Origin: Patescibacteria group bacterium
GTDB taxonomy: Bacteria > Patescibacteriota > Minisyncoccia > Phycocordibacterales > UBA9973
Direction: 5' to 3'
Length of the DNA: 64,000 nucleotides
NCBI GenBank assembly: GCA_028868715.1
Contig: JAGWUB010000001.1
Span: forward strand, 183,206 to 247,205
The notes beneath the pieces were generated by a model. That model was not told the DNA's origin, ran no database searches, and worked only from the letters and a program-made list of their open reading frames with translations. This document shows, in pieces, positions 49,663-61,071 of this stretch. Numbering within the stretch: position 1 is the stretch's first letter; every line of letters starts with the position of its first letter. The position numbers and the translations under genes are program-made.

Positions 49663-49836
49663 ATGTGTGACATGTATCATGTGGAGGATAATGATTTTCC
49701 TTCAAAGGAAATTGTTCTTTCAGCGGCCGAAAAAGAAGAAGCCGAAATCGAGCTCAAATCTGGTAATAACATACTAGAAAAAGACATAACTCCAAACAAT
49801 CGGGGTGACGCCTGGGGTACACCCTGGATTCTATAA
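49663..49836 (+). CDS. Putative 57-aa acidic small protein
   Basis: AGGAG at 49649-49653; MCDMYHVEDNDFPSKEIVLSAAEKEEAEIELKSGNNILEKDITPNNRGDAWGTPWIL*; hairpin at 49862-49890. Confidence 0.45.
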   Translation: MCDMYHVEDNDFPSKEIVLSAAEKEEAEIELKSGNNILEKDITPNNRGDAWGTPWIL

Positions 49837-49971
49837 AGTGCGGATAAAAATCAAAAAATCAGGGGTTGAGTGTTATATAACACCAACCCCATTTTTTATT
49901 CCATTTTGCTTAAAAAACCCTTAAAATACAAGGTAAAATTTACTAGCATCTATAATATATTTCTGCTATAA

Positions 49972-52065
<2,094 letters not shown>

Positions 52066-52068
52066 AAA

Positions 52069-53319
52069 TTATTTTTTATTTTTTATTTCCTCCAAAAGTT
52101 TTTTGAGAAGGTCTTCTTTGGGCATCTGACCAAGTTGACCGTTGTCACGAGATTCTAGAGTTATTTTTCCGGCTTCTATTTCCTTATCACCAATTACTAT
52201 CCAGTAAGGCATTTTGTTATGTTTGGCATCGCGAACTTTGGTGCCGAGATTTTCATCTTTATCATCTAACTCGGCACGAATATTATTTTCTCGAAGCATT
52301 TCATAAACCTCACGGGCATATTCGTTGTGATTTGTGCGTACAGGGATGACTTTTACTTGCACCGGTGAGAGCCAAAGAGGGAAGGCGCCTTCATATTTTT
52401 CTATAAGGAAGGCCATACTACGTTCAATAGCCCCGATAGATGAACGGTGTACCACGAAAGCAAGATGCGTTTCACCATCTTCACCAATATAATTTAAATT
52501 AAATTTACCAGGCATACAAAAGTCATATTGAACAGTGAAGGCTGTGTCTTCTTTACCATTTGCATTTTTCATTTGTATATCTATCTTTGGTCCGTAAAAA
52601 GCTGCTTCATCTTTTGCTTCTTCAAATTTACTTCCTCTTTTCTGCATCAATTTTCGAAGTAGGTCTTCGCTTTTTTCCCAAGCTTCATCATTTTTAAAGT
52701 ATTTTTCAGTATTATTTCTGTCTCCGAGAGAAAGGCGATATCTATAATCAGTATCAAGTTTTAACCCAAAGACAGAAGTAGCATATTCGATGAGGTCAAG
52801 AGCTTTACCTATTTCTTCTACTGCTTGTTCTTCGGTGGCGCAGATTATATGTGCGTCTGACAGACAGAAAGTTCTCACTCTTTGTAGGCCCATAAGCTCA
52901 CCAGATTGCTCATAACGATAAAGTTGAGCAAGCTCGGCTATGCGCATAGGTAGTTCTCTGTAACTATGTGGCTTTGAAAGGTAAAGTTCAAAGTGGTGTG
53001 GACATGTCATAGGACGTAGCATAAACTCTTCGTCATCTATTACGATAGGCGCGTACATCGAATCTTTATAATGGGGATAGTGTCCAGACTTTTTGTAAAG
53101 ATCTAACTTGGCAATATCGGGAGTGCGAACGTGTAAGTATCCTCGTTTTATTTCTTCGTCTACAATAAAACGTTCAAGTTCTCGACGTACTGTCGCCCCC
53201 TTAGGTAACCATAATGGTAATCCTTTACCCACCACGTCACTAAAGGTGAATAGCTCCATTTCTCTACCTATCTTCTTATGATCTCGGCTTTTTTCGCCGT
53301 CTTGTTCATTTTTGTCCAT
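52069..53319 (-). CDS. thrS: Threonyl-tRNA synthetase (no N-terminal TGS/editing domains)
   Basis: Begins directly at RDHKKIGREM; LRPMTCPHH, RYEQSGEL.GL.RVR, AAFYGPKID, anticodon-binding domain. Confidence 0.95.
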   Translation of the reverse strand: MDKNEQDGEKSRDHKKIGREMELFTFSDVVGKGLPLWLPKGATVRRELERFIVDEEIKRGYLHVRTPDIAKLDLYKKSGHYPHYKDSMYAPIVIDDEEFMLRPMTCPHHFELYLSKPHSYRELPMRIAELAQLYRYEQSGELMGLQRVRTFCLSDAHIICATEEQAVEEIGKALDLIEYATSVFGLKLDTDYRYRLSLGDRNNTEKYFKNDEAWEKSEDLLRKLMQKRGSKFEEAKDEAAFYGPKIDIQMKNANGKEDTAFTVQYDFCMPGKFNLNYIGEDGETHLAFVVHRSSIGAIERSMAFLIEKYEGAFPLWLSPVQVKVIPVRTNHNEYAREVYEMLRENNIRAELDDKDENLGTKVRDAKHNKMPYWIVIGDKEIEAGKITLESRDNGQLGQMPKEDLLKKLLEEIKNKK

Positions 53320-53399
53320 AAGGTCAATAATATCACATTTTTATTTTTTTTCACTCTTTATTTTGCTTTTCATCCATAATATGTTAAGCTAAGCACATT

Positions 53400-53630
53400 A
53401 TGGTAGTACGAATGAGACATACAAAATCGCATACGAAAAACCGACGTTCTCATCACGCATTGAAGAGCACGAGTTTTACTAAGTGCGAAAATTGCAAGGC
53501 CTTAAAGCGACGTCACACCGTGTGTTCGGCGTGTGGATTTTACCGAGGCAAGAAGGTTTTAGATTTGGTTAAAAAATTAGAAAAGAAACAAAAAAAAGCC
53601 AAAGCAAAGAAAGCAGAAGCAAATAAGTAG
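53400..53630 (+). CDS. rpmF: 50S ribosomal protein L32
   Basis: RRSHHAL, CENC...HTVC..CGFYRG. Confidence 0.93.
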   Translation: MVVRMRHTKSHTKNRRSHHALKSTSFTKCENCKALKRRHTVCSACGFYRGKKVLDLVKKLEKKQKKAKAKKAEANK

Positions 53631-53697
53631 TATTAGGCCCTGGGCCTTAGGCTTTAAATATTTTAAAACCTAAAACCTAAAGCCTAACGTCAAAAAA

Positions 53698-54633
53698 ATG
53701 GCAAATAGGCACCTTTCAAGATCAATAGTACTTCAAACGCTTTTTGAGTGGGATTTCCTTCCTGCCGATAAAAAAGATAATAGTTCCGCTAATGGTGAGA
53801 TAATCGAAGCGCTAAAAAGAAACCTAAAAGAATTCGCTCCAGGACTGGAGGATGATAATTTTGTGCTTGCGCTCATAAGTGAAGTCTTAAAAAATCACGT
53901 AGTTATTGACGAGATTATAGAAAAGGCGGCGCCAGATTGGCCACTGGACAAGATTTCCATCGTTGATAGAAATATTTTGAGAATTGGCCTCTATGAGCTT
54001 CTTTTTGGCGACAGGACTCAAGTACCTCCGAAGGTGGCGATCAATGAAGCCATAGAATTAGCCAAAACCTTCGGCGGAGAAAACTCCAGTAAGTTCGTCA
54101 ATGGCGTACTCGGTGCGGTTTATAAAGAAATAGGCGAACCTGGTAAGGAGCAGAAAAGTAAAATTACTAAAAACAAAAAGTCAGATGAGCCAGTAGACAT
54201 TAGTAAATTAGACATCGAAAGATTGGGTGGGGCACTAGTTTACTCAAAAAATGGTAACGAAATACTTCTCGCTTTCGTGCATGATGTTTTCGGGTATTGG
54301 ACTTTGTCAAAAGGCAAGATCAAGGAAGGTGAGGACGTAGAAGATGGTACTAAGAGAGCAATTAAGAAAGAAATAGGCCTTGATATCGTAATAGAAGAGA
54401 AGTTGGGAGAAAATGAATATGTTGCGACACATCCGTCCAACGGCAAGAGTTTGAAAAAGGTAACTTATTTTTTGGGTAGGAGTGAATACAAGGAGCTAGA
54501 GCTTGAGAAGTCAGGTGGCCTAGATGGAGCGAGATGGTTTGCGCTTTCAGCTATTGCCGAGCTTCGCATTTATAGCGACATTATCCCAATTATTGAAAAG
54601 GCGATCAAAATTATTAGTTCAGAGAATAAATAA
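53698..54633 (+). CDS. nusB: NusB fused to a C-terminal NUDIX-like domain
   Basis: DRNILR, VAINEAIELAKTFG..SSKFVNGVL; C-terminal WTLSKG.IKEGE....GTKRAIKKEIGL. Confidence 0.9.
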   Translation: MANRHLSRSIVLQTLFEWDFLPADKKDNSSANGEIIEALKRNLKEFAPGLEDDNFVLALISEVLKNHVVIDEIIEKAAPDWPLDKISIVDRNILRIGLYELLFGDRTQVPPKVAINEAIELAKTFGGENSSKFVNGVLGAVYKEIGEPGKEQKSKITKNKKSDEPVDISKLDIERLGGALVYSKNGNEILLAFVHDVFGYWTLSKGKIKEGEDVEDGTKRAIKKEIGLDIVIEEKLGENEYVATHPSNGKSLKKVTYFLGRSEYKELELEKSGGLDGARWFALSAIAELRIYSDIIPIIEKAIKIISSENK

Positions 54634-54637
54634 TAAT

Positions 54638-55333
54638 ATGATAAATTTTCCAGAATTTGAAGAAAAAACAAAAATATTTTTTAAAGATAAAAACTTGCTC
54701 AAGCAAGCTTTTACGCACCGTTCGTATATAAATGAAAATATTGGAACAGCACTTTCGCACAATGAGCGACTAGAATTTTTAGGAGACGCAGTGCTGGAGT
54801 TGATTGTGACAGATTTTCTTTATAAAAAATATCCAAAGTACGCCGAGGGCGAGTTGACCGCGGTACGTTCAGCTCTAGTAAATGCGATCATCATCTCTGA
54901 AGTAGCTAGCAAGGCCGGCATGAATGATTATTTACTATTGTCTCGCGGAGAGGCTAAAGATCATGGTAAGGCACGACAATATATCTTAGCCAATACTTAT
55001 GAAGCTTACATCGGAGCTCTATATCTAGATCAAGGCTATGATGTGGTGGCTAAATTTTTAAGTGAAAATCTTTTACCAAAAACAGATGAGATAGTAAACA
55101 AAAAACTTTGGCGCGATGCCAAAAGTTTAGTTCAGGAAAAGGCACAAGAATTCATCCAAACTACACCCCAATACAAAGTTTTAAGCGAATCAGGGCCCGA
55201 TCATGACAAGCACTTTACTGTAGGGATTTTCTTTGGATCTGAATTAATAGCTCAAGGTAGTGGTAAGTCCAAACAAGAAGGAGAGGTTGCAGCCGCTCAA
55301 GCAGCATTAAAAATAAAAAATTGGCTAGACTAA
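54638..55333 (+). CDS. rnc: Ribonuclease III
   Basis: HNERLEFLGDAVL signature, dsRBD (GPDHDKHF). Start at MINFPEF. Confidence 0.96.
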   Translation: MINFPEFEEKTKIFFKDKNLLKQAFTHRSYINENIGTALSHNERLEFLGDAVLELIVTDFLYKKYPKYAEGELTAVRSALVNAIIISEVASKAGMNDYLLLSRGEAKDHGKARQYILANTYEAYIGALYLDQGYDVVAKFLSENLLPKTDEIVNKKLWRDAKSLVQEKAQEFIQTTPQYKVLSESGPDHDKHFTVGIFFGSELIAQGSGKSKQEGEVAAAQAALKIKNWLD

Positions 55334-55348
55334 GATAATTACGAAAAT

Positions 55349-57481
55349 ATGAGACTCAAAACTTTAGAAATAAATGGCTTTAAATCTTTTGCACAAAAAA
55401 GTGTTTTAGAGTTTGAGAGTCCAATTATTTGTATCGTTGGTCCGAACGGCTCTGGAAAATCAAACGTGGTTGAAGCCTTTCGTTATGTATTGGGAGAGCA
55501 GTCCATGAAATCCATGCGTGGAAAGTCTGGCCTAGACCTTATTTTCAAAGGGTCAAAAAACTTATCCAAAGGAACTCGTGCTGCCGTAACAGTTTATTTT
55601 AATAATGCTGATAAGGTTTTTAAATTCACCAATGATACAGGAGAAGAGGTAGATTTAAATTACGATATTATTAGCATCTCTAGACAAGTTTTTCCTGATG
55701 GTTTAAATAAATATATTTTAAATGGTTCCGATGTTCGATTGAAAGATATTCACAATCTTTTAGCCTCAGTCAACATTGGCTCAAGTGGACACCACATTAT
55801 TTCACAAGGTGAAGCGGACAGAATTTTAAATGCAAATCCAAAAGAGAGGCGGGCGATGGTGGAAGACGCGCTTGGTCTTAAAATTTATCAATACAAAATA
55901 AAAGAATCCGAGAGAAAACTAGAACGCACAAATGAAAACATGAAGGAAGTTTCCTTGCTTCGCCGAGAGAATGCGCCACACCTAAATTTTTTAAGGAAAC
56001 AAGTAGAGAAATTTGAAAAAGGTAAAGTAATGCAAGGTGAGTTGGCGGCACTTTATCGAGAATACCTAAAAAAAGAATCTATATATCTAGACGAGGAGAA
56101 AGATAATTTATCTAAAGAAAGACATCAAATTGAAGTTGAACTAAAGAGCGTTAACACTAAAATATCTGAAGCTGAAGACTCTAAAAAAGAAAGTATAAAA
56201 ATTGCTGAACTACGAACTGTGGAGCAAAAGTTGAATGAAATTCGTAGAATGAAGGGCGAGTTAGATAGAAAGCTTGGCAGAATTGAGGGTATATTGGAAT
56301 CAAAAGAAAATAAAGAGAAGCTTTCTGGACGTTGTCCTATGTGCGGTAGTGTCATCAAAGAAGTGGATGAAGAGCAAAAAGAAAAAATACACAATGAAGA
56401 AAAAGAATTAGAGGAGTTAAAAAATTCACAAACGAGGACTATCGCAGAAATAAAAACATTAGAAGGAGAAGAAAAAGAAGGCAACGAAAAAGCTGAAAGC
56501 TTGAAAAAGGAAATAAATAGAGAGATGGAGGCACTGCGGGATCAAGAGCGAGAAAAGTTTACCTATAAGGTTAAACAACAAGAGCTCACTTCTCACTTGG
56601 AGCTTTTGGCAGTTAAACAAGAAAACCTAGGACGAAGCATGGAGGCATTTCAAAACGAAATCAAAGAAGGTATCGCCCTTATCGGGCAAGAGATTTTGGG
56701 CTACAAGGATGTCTTAGTGGAAGGTAGAGAGGATAGAGCCATCCAGGAAGAGACTAGAAGAAAAATTGAGCGAATTAAAATAAAACTAGAAGACGTGGGC
56801 CTCTCCGGCGGAGCCGAAATAATGAAAGAGTTTAATGAAGTCTCGGAGAGGGATAATTTCTTGGCCAAGGAAATGGAAGATTTAACCAAGAGTATCGAAT
56901 CGCTCCAAAAACTTATCGCCGACTTGAAGGAAAAAATTGATATAGAGTTCCAAGAGGGTGTTAAAAAAATTAATGTAGAGTTTCAACAATTCTTCTCACT
57001 GATGTTTGGTGGGGGAACTGGATCTCTGTCTATCGTTACCCCTAAGCCAAGAAAAAGAAAAGCTGATGAAGAGTTGGATGAAGACGAAGAGATTGAAGAT
57101 TTTGAAGATGAAGATACAGTGCCGGAGCAGGGAATAGAGATAAATGTTTCTCTGCCACATAAAAAAGTTAAAGAACTGCAAGCACTCTCTGGTGGAGAGA
57201 GGTCGCTGACTTCTATTGCTATACTCTTTGCTATGTCACAGGTGAATCCGCCACCATTTCTAGTATTGGATGAGACGGATGCTGCGCTCGATGAATCAAA
57301 CTCTAGGAAATATGGTGATATGTTAGAGAAACTTTCTAAACATTCTCAGCTTATCGTGGTCACTCACAATCGTGAGACAATGTCTCGCGCTGGAGTACTA
57401 TATGGCATCACTGTCGGCGCCGACGGCGCCTCCAAGCTCCTCTCTGTCAAATTTGAAGAAGCCACCCAAATTGCGAAATAA
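55349..57481 (+). CDS. smc: Short SMC-family ATPase without hinge domain
   Basis: GFKSFA, VGPNGSGKSN, IISQG, LSGGERSL, LDETDAALD, VTHN; follows rnc. Confidence 0.88.
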   Translation: MRLKTLEINGFKSFAQKSVLEFESPIICIVGPNGSGKSNVVEAFRYVLGEQSMKSMRGKSGLDLIFKGSKNLSKGTRAAVTVYFNNADKVFKFTNDTGEEVDLNYDIISISRQVFPDGLNKYILNGSDVRLKDIHNLLASVNIGSSGHHIISQGEADRILNANPKERRAMVEDALGLKIYQYKIKESERKLERTNENMKEVSLLRRENAPHLNFLRKQVEKFEKGKVMQGELAALYREYLKKESIYLDEEKDNLSKERHQIEVELKSVNTKISEAEDSKKESIKIAELRTVEQKLNEIRRMKGELDRKLGRIEGILESKENKEKLSGRCPMCGSVIKEVDEEQKEKIHNEEKELEELKNSQTRTIAEIKTLEGEEKEGNEKAESLKKEINREMEALRDQEREKFTYKVKQQELTSHLELLAVKQENLGRSMEAFQNEIKEGIALIGQEILGYKDVLVEGREDRAIQEETRRKIERIKIKLEDVGLSGGAEIMKEFNEVSERDNFLAKEMEDLTKSIESLQKLIADLKEKIDIEFQEGVKKINVEFQQFFSLMFGGGTGSLSIVTPKPRKRKADEELDEDEEIEDFEDEDTVPEQGIEINVSLPHKKVKELQALSGGERSLTSIAILFAMSQVNPPPFLVLDETDAALDESNSRKYGDMLEKLSKHSQLIVVTHNRETMSRAGVLYGITVGADGASKLLSVKFEEATQIAK

Positions 57482-57484
57482 GAT

Positions 57485-59434
57485 TTACACTAAAACGTAA
57501 TCAATTGTTTTTCGTTCTAAGTCAACACCACGGACTTTTATTTTAACGCGATCACCGAGACGGTATCGCTTTTTTCGTTTTTGCCCGACGAGCTCCAATT
57601 TCTTTTCATTAAAAACATAAAAATCATCTTTCATATCGCGCACGCGTACTAGTCCTTCACATTTGGTTTCCACTTCTTCCACATACAACCCCCATTCGGT
57701 GATGCCGGCAATTACGCCCTCAAATTTTTCTCCCGCACGCTTGCTCATGTATTCCACTTGTTTATATTTAATCGAAGATCGTTCGGCATCGGTCGCGCGC
57801 TTCTCTTGTTCGGATGCGATTCTAGCCATCTTTTCATAAGCATAAATATTTTCTTTTTTGATTTTCTTATGAGATAGAAAATCCTGCAGCAGTCGGTGAA
57901 CGATGATGTCTGGATAACGCCTGATCGGGGAAGTAAAGTGAGTATAATAAGGGAAGGCGAGCCCATAGTGACCAATATTTTTTGTGGAGTAAATGGCTTT
58001 GGCCATAGATTTTATTACCGCGCGATTAACCGCATCTGCCTCTGGTTTTCCAGCCAAACTCTCCAGTAACCTGTTTATTTCATGGGTTGGGATGACTCCA
58101 TCTACGAGCGATATTTTATATCCTAAATTTCTCAAAAAGAATGCCAAGTCGGTCATTTTTTCTTTAGTTGGTAAATCATGCACCCGGTAGATAGATATCT
58201 CTTTGTTTTTGGAGGTCTTAGTATCTCCAGAGATTAATTTTGCCACTTTTTTATTAGCTAAGAGCATAAACTCTTCTATCAGTCTATTTGAGTTACCACG
58301 TTCTTTTTTTATTATATCAATGGGAACTCCATACATGTTGAGTACAAATTTAACTTCTTCCTGCTCCAATGATATGGCACCTTCTTTAAATCTTTCCTTG
58401 GTAAGTTTTTTTGCTAGGTCATTTAAAATAGATAATTCTCTATGGAGTGGCGCCTTGGAATTTTTAATGGATTCTTCTGCTTCTTCATAGGTAAATCTTT
58501 TTTGAGAATGTATCACGGTGCGTCCAAACCATTCACTTTTTACCTTCGCATTTTTGTCTATAATAAAAACAGCACTCATGGTCAGACGATCCTTGTTTGG
58601 CACTAAACTGCACAAATCATTGGAAAGAATTTCTGGGAGCATGGGTATGGTTCTATCTACTAGATAAACCGAGGTCCCGCGTTCACTAGCTTCTTTATCC
58701 AAAACACTACCGACTTTTACATAATATGAAACATCTGCAATATGAATACCGATTTCATACTCTACGTCTTTTCCATTTTTTATTTCCTTAAACGATAGGG
58801 CATCATCAAAATCCTTGGCGTCACTTGGATCAATGGTAAAGGTGAGAGTTTTTCTAAAATCACGACGGTCGACATAGTCTGTTTCCTTGATACCTCGCAC
58901 TTTTATTTCTCTTGCTTCAGCCTCCACTTTTTTTGGAAGTTCTGAATCAAAACCTTTTTCCATGGCGATGGATAACATCTCGGCATTATTGTCTCCAGGG
59001 TTACCTAAAATTTTAACCACTTCTCCGGTCGGAGCTTTGCGAGCATCTTTCCATGAAATTATTTGCACAAAAACTTTTTGCCCAGTCTTGGCACCATTTA
59101 AATTTTCCTTTGGTATTAAAATATCCGTATACATTTTTGTATCGTCTGGCTTTAAAAAAATCATGCTGTCCTGCTGTTCCAGCACTCCAGCAAAGCTCAT
59201 CTTTGCCCGCGAGATTATTTTTGAAACTTCGGCAGTCTGACGCCCGCGCCCCTTTGGGTGGTAAATGATTTCTACTGTATCTCCATGCAGGGCAGTGTTT
59301 AAATGCTTAGAATCAATTTCTGGGTCCTTTAGTTTACTTTTATCCTCACCAATAGCCACATAGCCCGTACCCTTGGAGGATATGGATATAATGCCTTGAG
59401 CCCTATTGGTTTTTTTGGGCGGTTGGTGTTTCAC
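57485..59434 (-). CDS. rnr: Ribonuclease R
   Basis: TIDP.DAKDFDDALS, HIADVS, IEEFMLLAN, YTHFTSPIRRYPD, C-terminal S1. Confidence 0.96.
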   Translation of the reverse strand: MKHQPPKKTNRAQGIISISSKGTGYVAIGEDKSKLKDPEIDSKHLNTALHGDTVEIIYHPKGRGRQTAEVSKIISRAKMSFAGVLEQQDSMIFLKPDDTKMYTDILIPKENLNGAKTGQKVFVQIISWKDARKAPTGEVVKILGNPGDNNAEMLSIAMEKGFDSELPKKVEAEAREIKVRGIKETDYVDRRDFRKTLTFTIDPSDAKDFDDALSFKEIKNGKDVEYEIGIHIADVSYYVKVGSVLDKEASERGTSVYLVDRTIPMLPEILSNDLCSLVPNKDRLTMSAVFIIDKNAKVKSEWFGRTVIHSQKRFTYEEAEESIKNSKAPLHRELSILNDLAKKLTKERFKEGAISLEQEEVKFVLNMYGVPIDIIKKERGNSNRLIEEFMLLANKKVAKLISGDTKTSKNKEISIYRVHDLPTKEKMTDLAFFLRNLGYKISLVDGVIPTHEINRLLESLAGKPEADAVNRAVIKSMAKAIYSTKNIGHYGLAFPYYTHFTSPIRRYPDIIVHRLLQDFLSHKKIKKENIYAYEKMARIASEQEKRATDAERSSIKYKQVEYMSKRAGEKFEGVIAGITEWGLYVEEVETKCEGLVRVRDMKDDFYVFNEKKLELVGQKRKKRYRLGDRVKIKVRGVDLERKTIDYVLV

Positions 59435-59472
59435 TCTTTAAATATAACACATAATTAGGCCATAAATCTTAT

Positions 59473-59501
59473 TTGACAACAAGTTTTTAATGTGTTAGAC
59501 T
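59473..59501 (+). promoter_or_regulatory. Sigma70-type promoter
   Basis: TTGACA-17 nt-TAGACT. Confidence 0.65.
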
Positions 59502-59520
59502 GCCAAAAGGAGGTAGTACC

Positions 59521-59700
59521 ATGGCAAAGTTTGTTGGCCCTAATAAAGGGCTTTATGACGGCCGGCAAGAGCTGGTCGAGTATTCTCAGCCGAAAGGTTG
59601 GGACAAAAACACGACTTCGTCACTCACAGTGACGTTAGCCATTATGTTTGGAATAGGGCTAACCCTGTTCCTTGTTTTTAGGTGGTATTTTTCGAAATAA
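59521..59700 (+). CDS. Putative 59-aa protein with C-terminal TM
   Basis: AGGAGGT at 59508-59514; MAKFVGPNKG...VTLAIMFGIGLTLFLVFRWYFSK*. Confidence 0.6.
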   Translation: MAKFVGPNKGLYDGRQELVEYSQPKGWDKNTTSSLTVTLAIMFGIGLTLFLVFRWYFSK

Positions 59701-59723
59701 GGAAAATACCTAGGAGGTTATTT

Positions 59724-59900
59724 ATGCCCGAACATGAACGGGAGGACATAATGTTCCTCCCAGACGACGAGCACCAAGTTGCCGATAAGCACTTATCCGA
59801 AGCTGAAGTTCAGCACCGGTTTAAACTTATTAGGAATGTTCTTCTATTCGTTTTAGTTGCCAGTGGGATCTGGTATATATGGTTACACGGCTTACCCTGA
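59724..59900 (+). CDS. Putative 58-aa protein with C-terminal TM
   Basis: AGGAGGT at 59712-59718; MPEHERED...NVLLFVLVASGIWYIWLHGLP*. Confidence 0.6.
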   Translation: MPEHEREDIMFLPDDEHQVADKHLSEAEVQHRFKLIRNVLLFVLVASGIWYIWLHGLP

Positions 59901-59926
59901 TTAAAATGGATAAGCCGAAAAATATC

Positions 59927-59957
59927 AGCGCCGTCGCGAGACATCTCCGACGGCGCT
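59927..59957 (+). terminator. Intrinsic terminator
   Basis: AGCGCCGTCG...CGACGGCGCT followed by a T-rich tract. Confidence 0.75.
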
Positions 59958-60013
59958 ATTTTGTTTTTATGACGCCAATTTGCCTTTTTAGTAAATTATG
60001 TTAAGCTCTATTT

Positions 60014-60322
60014 ATGTTAAAAATAAGACTTCAGAGAATAGGCAGAAAGAATGATCCGGCTTTTCGGGTGGTTTTGACTGATTCCAAGAACAGCACCAAG
60101 AGCGGAAAATTTTTAGAAATACTCGGTAGTTACAATCCCAAGCTCGGGGTCAAAACTCTCAGCGCCGAACGCATAAAATATTGGATGGGGAACGGAGCTC
60201 AATGCTCTGATACCATGCACAATTTCTTAGTTCACGACAAAATTGTTGAAGGTAAAAAGAAAAATGTATTACCAAAGAAAAAGCCAACGATGAAAAGGAA
60301 AGAGTTGAAAGCCAAGAAATAA
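60014..60322 (+). CDS. rpsP: 30S ribosomal protein S16
   Basis: MLKIRLQRIGRK..P.FRVV...E.LGSYNP...W..NGAQ.SDT. Confidence 0.96.
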   Translation: MLKIRLQRIGRKNDPAFRVVLTDSKNSTKSGKFLEILGSYNPKLGVKTLSAERIKYWMGNGAQCSDTMHNFLVHDKIVEGKKKNVLPKKKPTMKRKELKAKK

Positions 60323-60395
60323 TTCGCTATACTTACAGCAAGCAGTTACCTAGTCGCAATACTGCACGATTAAAAGATTAATATATTTTAACAAT

Positions 60396-60752
60396 ATGGA
60401 AGAAGCAGACAAGATATTTCTAGAATACGTAGTCAAGGCACTGGTTGACAATCCGAACGATGTAAAGATCGATAGAACCGTCGATGAAATGGGTGTACTA
60501 ATCAGTCTTACAGTAAACCCTGCAGATATGGGTAAAATAATCGGAAGAATGGGAAACACCGCCAAAGCTATTCGTACACTACTTAGAATTATTGGCATGA
60601 AAAACAATGCTCGCGTAAACCTAAAGATAAATGAACCAGAAGGAAGTGTCAGGCCAGAAGCTACACACTCAGCTCCACCTGCAGGTCACGGAAGCACACC
60701 TAGCTCATTCAAGACAGTCGACGAAGCAATGGATGATTTGAAAGGAATATAG
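60396..60752 (+). CDS. khpA: KH-domain RNA-binding protein KhpA
   Basis: ALVDNP..V, DMGKIIGRMGNTAKAIRTLL; follows rpsP. Confidence 0.9.
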   Translation: MEEADKIFLEYVVKALVDNPNDVKIDRTVDEMGVLISLTVNPADMGKIIGRMGNTAKAIRTLLRIIGMKNNARVNLKINEPEGSVRPEATHSAPPAGHGSTPSSFKTVDEAMDDLKGI

Positions 60753-60768
60753 AAAGAATTAAAGAAAC

Positions 60769-60798
60769 AAAAAACACCTTAGAAATAAGGTGTTTTTT
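60769..60798 (+). terminator. Intrinsic terminator after khpA
   Basis: AAAAAACACCTT-AGAAAT-AAGGTGTTTTTT. Confidence 0.75.
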
Positions 60799-60826
60799 TG
60801 ACAATTAATAGTAGTGGTGCTAGTCT
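60798..60826 (+). promoter_or_regulatory. Sigma70-type promoter
   Basis: TTGACA-17 nt-TAGTCT with a TG extension. Confidence 0.6.
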
Positions 60827-60884
60827 GTATTTGGTTAGGTTATTTGTTTTTAACTTTTAAGTTTTAAGATGGATAGGAGACAAT

Positions 60885-61046
60885 ATGAAAATTCCGTATT
60901 CGTTTTACTTTGTTGGGTATCCAGTACCGATGAGCAAAGAGGAGGCCCTAAAGTTTCGGACTTCCTTTCGGAGAGATAAGGCTTTCTCAGCAGCTCTCAT
61001 CTTCTTGGGTATCATAGTTGCCCTCATGAGGGCACTACTTAACTAA
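60885..61046 (+). CDS. Putative 53-aa protein with C-terminal TM
   Basis: AGGAG at 60875-60879; MKIPYSFYFVGY...AFSAALIFLGIIVALMRALLN*. Confidence 0.55.
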   Translation: MKIPYSFYFVGYPVPMSKEEALKFRTSFRRDKAFSAALIFLGIIVALMRALLN

Positions 61047-61071
61047 GTTTTGTGACCACATAACTATACAA

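Noticed and set aside
53633-53690. AAAACCT-like heptamer repeats and small hairpins between rpmF and nusB
   Set aside because: Only about three degenerate units; probably a terminator or simple repeat, too short to support more.
54524-54637. Extended rnc start
   Set aside because: It overlaps nusB; the RNase III fold starts at the ATG at 54638.
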